Made by a program: the position numbers and the translations under genes. From NCBI GenBank assembly GCA_051294375.1, contig JBJCIZ010000546.1, positions 1 through 11,329 on the forward strand: a DNA stretch of 11,329 nt, given 5' to 3'. The notes beneath the pieces are model-generated. The model was not told the origin of the DNA, did not search any database, and saw only the letters and a list, made by a program, of their open reading frames with translations. Origin of the DNA: Paraspadella gotoi. Its lineage: Eukaryota > Animalia > Chaetognatha. This document shows, piece after piece, positions 8,640 through 11,329 of this stretch. Each line of letters opens with the position of its first letter. Positions within the stretch are counted from its first letter, which is position 1.

Positions 8640-8881
8640 TCGTTGAGATATTCTCTCTGGCCCTCGGCGAATTCCTTGAGGATGATGACGCCCATATCGC
8701 GCCGCGATTGAGACGCATCCTCCGACAAGGACCAGGACAGCGCCAGGCAGAAAACGGCGCTGAGGTCGGCGTCGGCGACGTCAGTACGCCGCGCGTTGAC
8801 GCCCACCACTTGCTGAAGGAGCCGACGCTTCACATCATCCGAATGATTCGAAGCCTCAATGCCCACAAATACTTTATCCAT
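8640..8881 (-). CDS. USP38: USP35/USP38-family deubiquitinase, coding exon 1
   Basis: MDKVFVGIEASNHSDDVKRRLLQQVV...LSAVFCLA...SRRDMGVIILKEFA resembles the USP38/USP35 N-terminus as I recall it (MDKILEGLVSSSHPLPLKRVIVRKVV...QRQVGHQVLEAYA). Donor GA|GTGGGT at 8639. Confidence 0.8.
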
Positions 8882-8884
8882 AAC

Positions 8885-9021
8885 GAGAGAGAGAGAGAAA
8901 GTGAAAGAGCGTGCGAGAGAGAGAGAGATAAAGTGAAAGAGCGAGAGAGAAAGTGAAAGAGCGAGAGAGAAAGTGAAAGAGCGAGATAAAGTGAAAGAGC
9001 GAGAGAGAGACGAGAGAGAGA
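8885..9021. repeat. Compound (GA)n microsatellite / ~20-bp minisatellite
   Basis: About five copies of gagcgagagagaaagtgaaa-like units within GA runs, ending 3 nt upstream of the USP ATG. Confidence 0.9.
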
Positions 9022-9334
9022 TATATTAATGTGCGTCGAGGACAAGTGGTTCCCTGTAGAGATTTCGCATCTTAATCGTCCTTTTCAATTTTCGTAGCAA
9101 AACATTTTTTGACTAAAAATTTAAGAAAATTAACATGAAACTTATTAAATCTGACAAATTTAAATAAAGGACAAAGAAAAGCGGTAACAGGAGAAATAAA
9201 CCCAATACATCACTCGACCGACCAGAATATAAAAAATTCTACATAATATTTAAAATAAATAAATATAAAACATAAGTAAATACAAAACTAGATTAATTTT
9301 TCCTGGACGATGTTCATTAAGGCGGCGGAGGCGT

Positions 9335-10041
9335 CTATGGGGGCGCGGCGTCCATTTTTTCGGCGGAAGCGTGAGTGAGGACCGCGTCGACGGCGGCAGC
9401 AACGCCCTCGGAGATAAAGCGATGAGTCTCGGATGCCATTTTCGAGAGGCTGACGTCGTTTACGGGTTTGGAGAAAGACGACGACGACCCTTGGCGAATA
9501 TTGGGAACTGACTCGTCTTGTTGCTGCTGCTCCTGCCGAAGATTATGCTGCTGATGCTGCGGCGGAGACTTATCAGGTTCCCCTCGGATTCTCAAAACTT
9601 TTTTCGGTTTCTCCTTTGATCTCGCGTCTTCCTCCTCCTCCTCTTCATCCTCCTTGTCTTTGTCGTCACGGGCGACCAAAATGACGGAAGAGCAAGGCCG
9701 CTCTTCGTGGGAAAAAACTCGACGCGAGGATCGAATTTGGCCGCCAATACCGCCGCTCCCATCGCCGCCGCTTCCTCGGGCGACGCTTCCAGAATGAGGA
9801 CGCCGTCTTCGAACATCAACTTCTTCAAACCGGTCTTCAACGACTGATGATGCGTCGGAGATTTCGACATCACCTTCGGGGTGAGCAGTGGGGACATTGA
9901 GATCCGCCGAGGTGCCGGCGTGGTCGTCGTTGGAAGTGGACGACTCGGAAAAAGCGGAAATAGAAGAATTTGGAAAAGATCGCGAGCGACGTCGGCGAAG
10001 ATCAAAGGCAGCCATGGGAGAATCGCTGAGAACCGCAGCAG
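9335..10041 (-). CDS. Terminal coding exon of an unidentified host gene (low-complexity Ser/acidic/Gln-rich C-terminus)
   Basis: The 226-aa ORF extends upstream in frame (AAVLSDSP-MAAF) to a pyrimidine-rich acceptor ttttattttcttttaaaaag| at 10042. It is a GC-rich island in AT-rich DNA. TAG at 9337-9335 is followed by an AT-rich 3' UTR-like stretch. Confidence 0.7.
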
Positions 10042-10162
10042 CTTTTTAAAAGAAAATAAAAAGGTAAAATGTAAGAGATAGATGAATAGTTACGAAATGA
10101 GATTGTGCTATAACTTTGCCGTTGCCAAAACAAACAAAATTTCTTTCTTTAATTTAAATAAT

Positions 10163-10350
10163 TTATTATGGCAACGGGAGGATTGCCTGTGATACCCGGG
10201 GCGCGGGGTATCTCACCAACTGGCGGAGGGGCTGCTGACCCTCAGTGACCGCCTCCTGTCACTGGCATGTTTAGATCGGCTCCGTCACATTAAAGCCAGA
10301 ACCGGGATACCCAGGGATTAAACCCGGGACGCACGGTGCTCAGTAGGGTG
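10163..10350 (-). mobile_element. 5'-truncated tRNA-derived SINE-like repeat
   Basis: Minus-strand T-arm/B-box CCGGG-TTTAATC-CCTGG (~10327-10311), a GC-rich body with hairpin gatacccggggcgcggggtatc, and an ataataaat tail. No A box is visible. Confidence 0.45.
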
Positions 10351-10535
10351 AAGTGAAAGTTTGGAATCAAAGTTTAGCAGTTATATCTTGAAAACTATCA
10401 TATTAGTGAAAACTAATGTTTTTATTTTTTTTTTTACAAATATAGTAGCCCAGTCAGCTTATTTTGTATATACTAATACCCTTACTATATAATAAGGCGT
10501 AGTATGGTGGACTAAAATCCACCAACCGTTCATCA

Positions 10536-10723
10536 GCGGCCATTGGTGCCAGAGGTAAGTCATTCGCCTCCCAACCCAAAGGTCCGGGTTTCTAGCCCGG
10601 TGGTCGCCTAGCAGTTAAGAGGGACGGGGCGCTTAACCCGCCTGTAACACGGCGTTACAGCCTGATCCAAAGCTCAGGGACTGCTTATATTGAACGGTTC
10701 TGTCATTAACACATAATAACAAT
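10536..10723 (+). mobile_element. tRNA(Gly-like)-derived SINE or pseudo-tRNA with 3' body
   Basis: 72-nt cloverleaf remnant at 10536-10607: acceptor stem GCGGCCA/TGGTCGC, A-box-like TGGTGCCAGAGG, loop CTCCCAA, T-arm CCGGG-TTTCTAG-CCCGG. The anticodon stem is broken. A structured body and an ataataacaat tail follow. Confidence 0.65.
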
Positions 10724-10765
10724 TACTGTCTCTTCAGTAGTTAAATTTTTAAATTTAACTTTATT

Positions 10766-10775
10766 NNNNNNNNNN
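10766..10775. other. Assembly gap (10 N)
   Basis: Run of n characters; contiguity across it is not guaranteed. Confidence 1.
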
Positions 10776-11010
10776 GTTTTATTTTTACTTATTAAAAAGT
10801 GGTTTGTCGGTTAAGCAATGGAAACTAATATAAGATCAGTTTTAATAAGCTGTATAAACTTTATTAATTAGTTTTTTTTCTATTTAGTTTCATTTAACTT
10901 TAGTCCCAAGGGTTTTAGAAGTAAGACGACTCTTATTCAAACCTTGAGTATATCACATCAAGTTTCATTATAATAAAAAATACAGCAATATAAAATTATT
11001 AAATATTTTA

Positions 11011-11329
11011 TTGTTTTGACAAGGAATAACAAATATTTAGTATTAAGCAATTCATAGTAGAATTTACAAGTTCATTTTTATTACTTTCATGCTAATATTT
11101 TGATTCTTATGAACAAATCATTTTTCAAGGCAGTTCTTTTGTATTTTGCTTCTCTCTCTTTCTCTCTACCTAACTTTTTCTGGAACTATTTACTTTTACT
11201 CTGGACTGCCTTTAAAAATGATTAGTTCATAAGAAACAAAATGTTGGCAAAAAAGTAAGAAAATTATACTTATAAATCTTACCACAAATCGCTTAATACT
11301 AAATATTTTTTTATTCCTTGTCAAAAAAA
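11011..11329. mobile_element. Foldback/MITE-like long inverted repeat, running off the window end
   Basis: Arms 11011-11134 and 11205-11329 are reverse complements over ~125 nt (e.g. ttttgacaaggaataa...tattaagc vs gcttaata...ttattccttgtcaaaa). The spacer is 70 nt and pyrimidine-rich. Confidence 0.8.

Noticed and set aside
8708-9045. ORFs 8708..8956 (+) and 8830..9045 (-), and likewise 1403..1606 (+)
   Set aside because: Translations of GA/CT-rich low-complexity sequence, or antisense to USP exon 1.
10536-10607. Functional tRNA-Gly(CCC)
   Set aside because: The anticodon stem is mispaired, the T-loop is non-canonical, and no T-run terminator follows. Treated as a SINE head or pseudo-tRNA.
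11068-11209. Exon-like minus-strand peptide with in-frame stops (AVQSKSK*FQKKLGREKEREAKY...), suggesting an alternative genetic code
   Set aside because: It lies within the arms and pyrimidine-rich spacer of the foldback repeat, so it is a compositional artefact.

Overview
AT-rich eukaryotic (metazoan, probably invertebrate) genomic DNA with short spliceosomal introns. The centre (about 2135-7694, minus strand) is an apparently full-length DIRS1-type tyrosine-recombinase retrotransposon. It has non-identical inverted terminal repeats, a short 3' extension, an AAT/ATT trinucleotide at both junctions, and gag-like, RT-RNaseH-methyltransferase-like and YR coding regions, all broken by small indels. 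Unusually, its internal complementary region (ICR, the complement of the circle junction) is not next to the 3' ITR. It lies about 1 kb from the 5' end, inside a predicted in-frame GT-AG intron of ORF1 (6367-6904). The element appears inserted in a minus-strand USP35/USP38-like deubiquitinase gene, whose first two exons are clean and whose later exons look damaged. About 450 bp upstream on the same strand is the terminal exon of an unidentified gene. The flanks hold two tRNA-derived SINE-like repeats, a long foldback/MITE, minisatellites and a 10-N gap. All homology calls are by-eye motif recognition; no searches were run.
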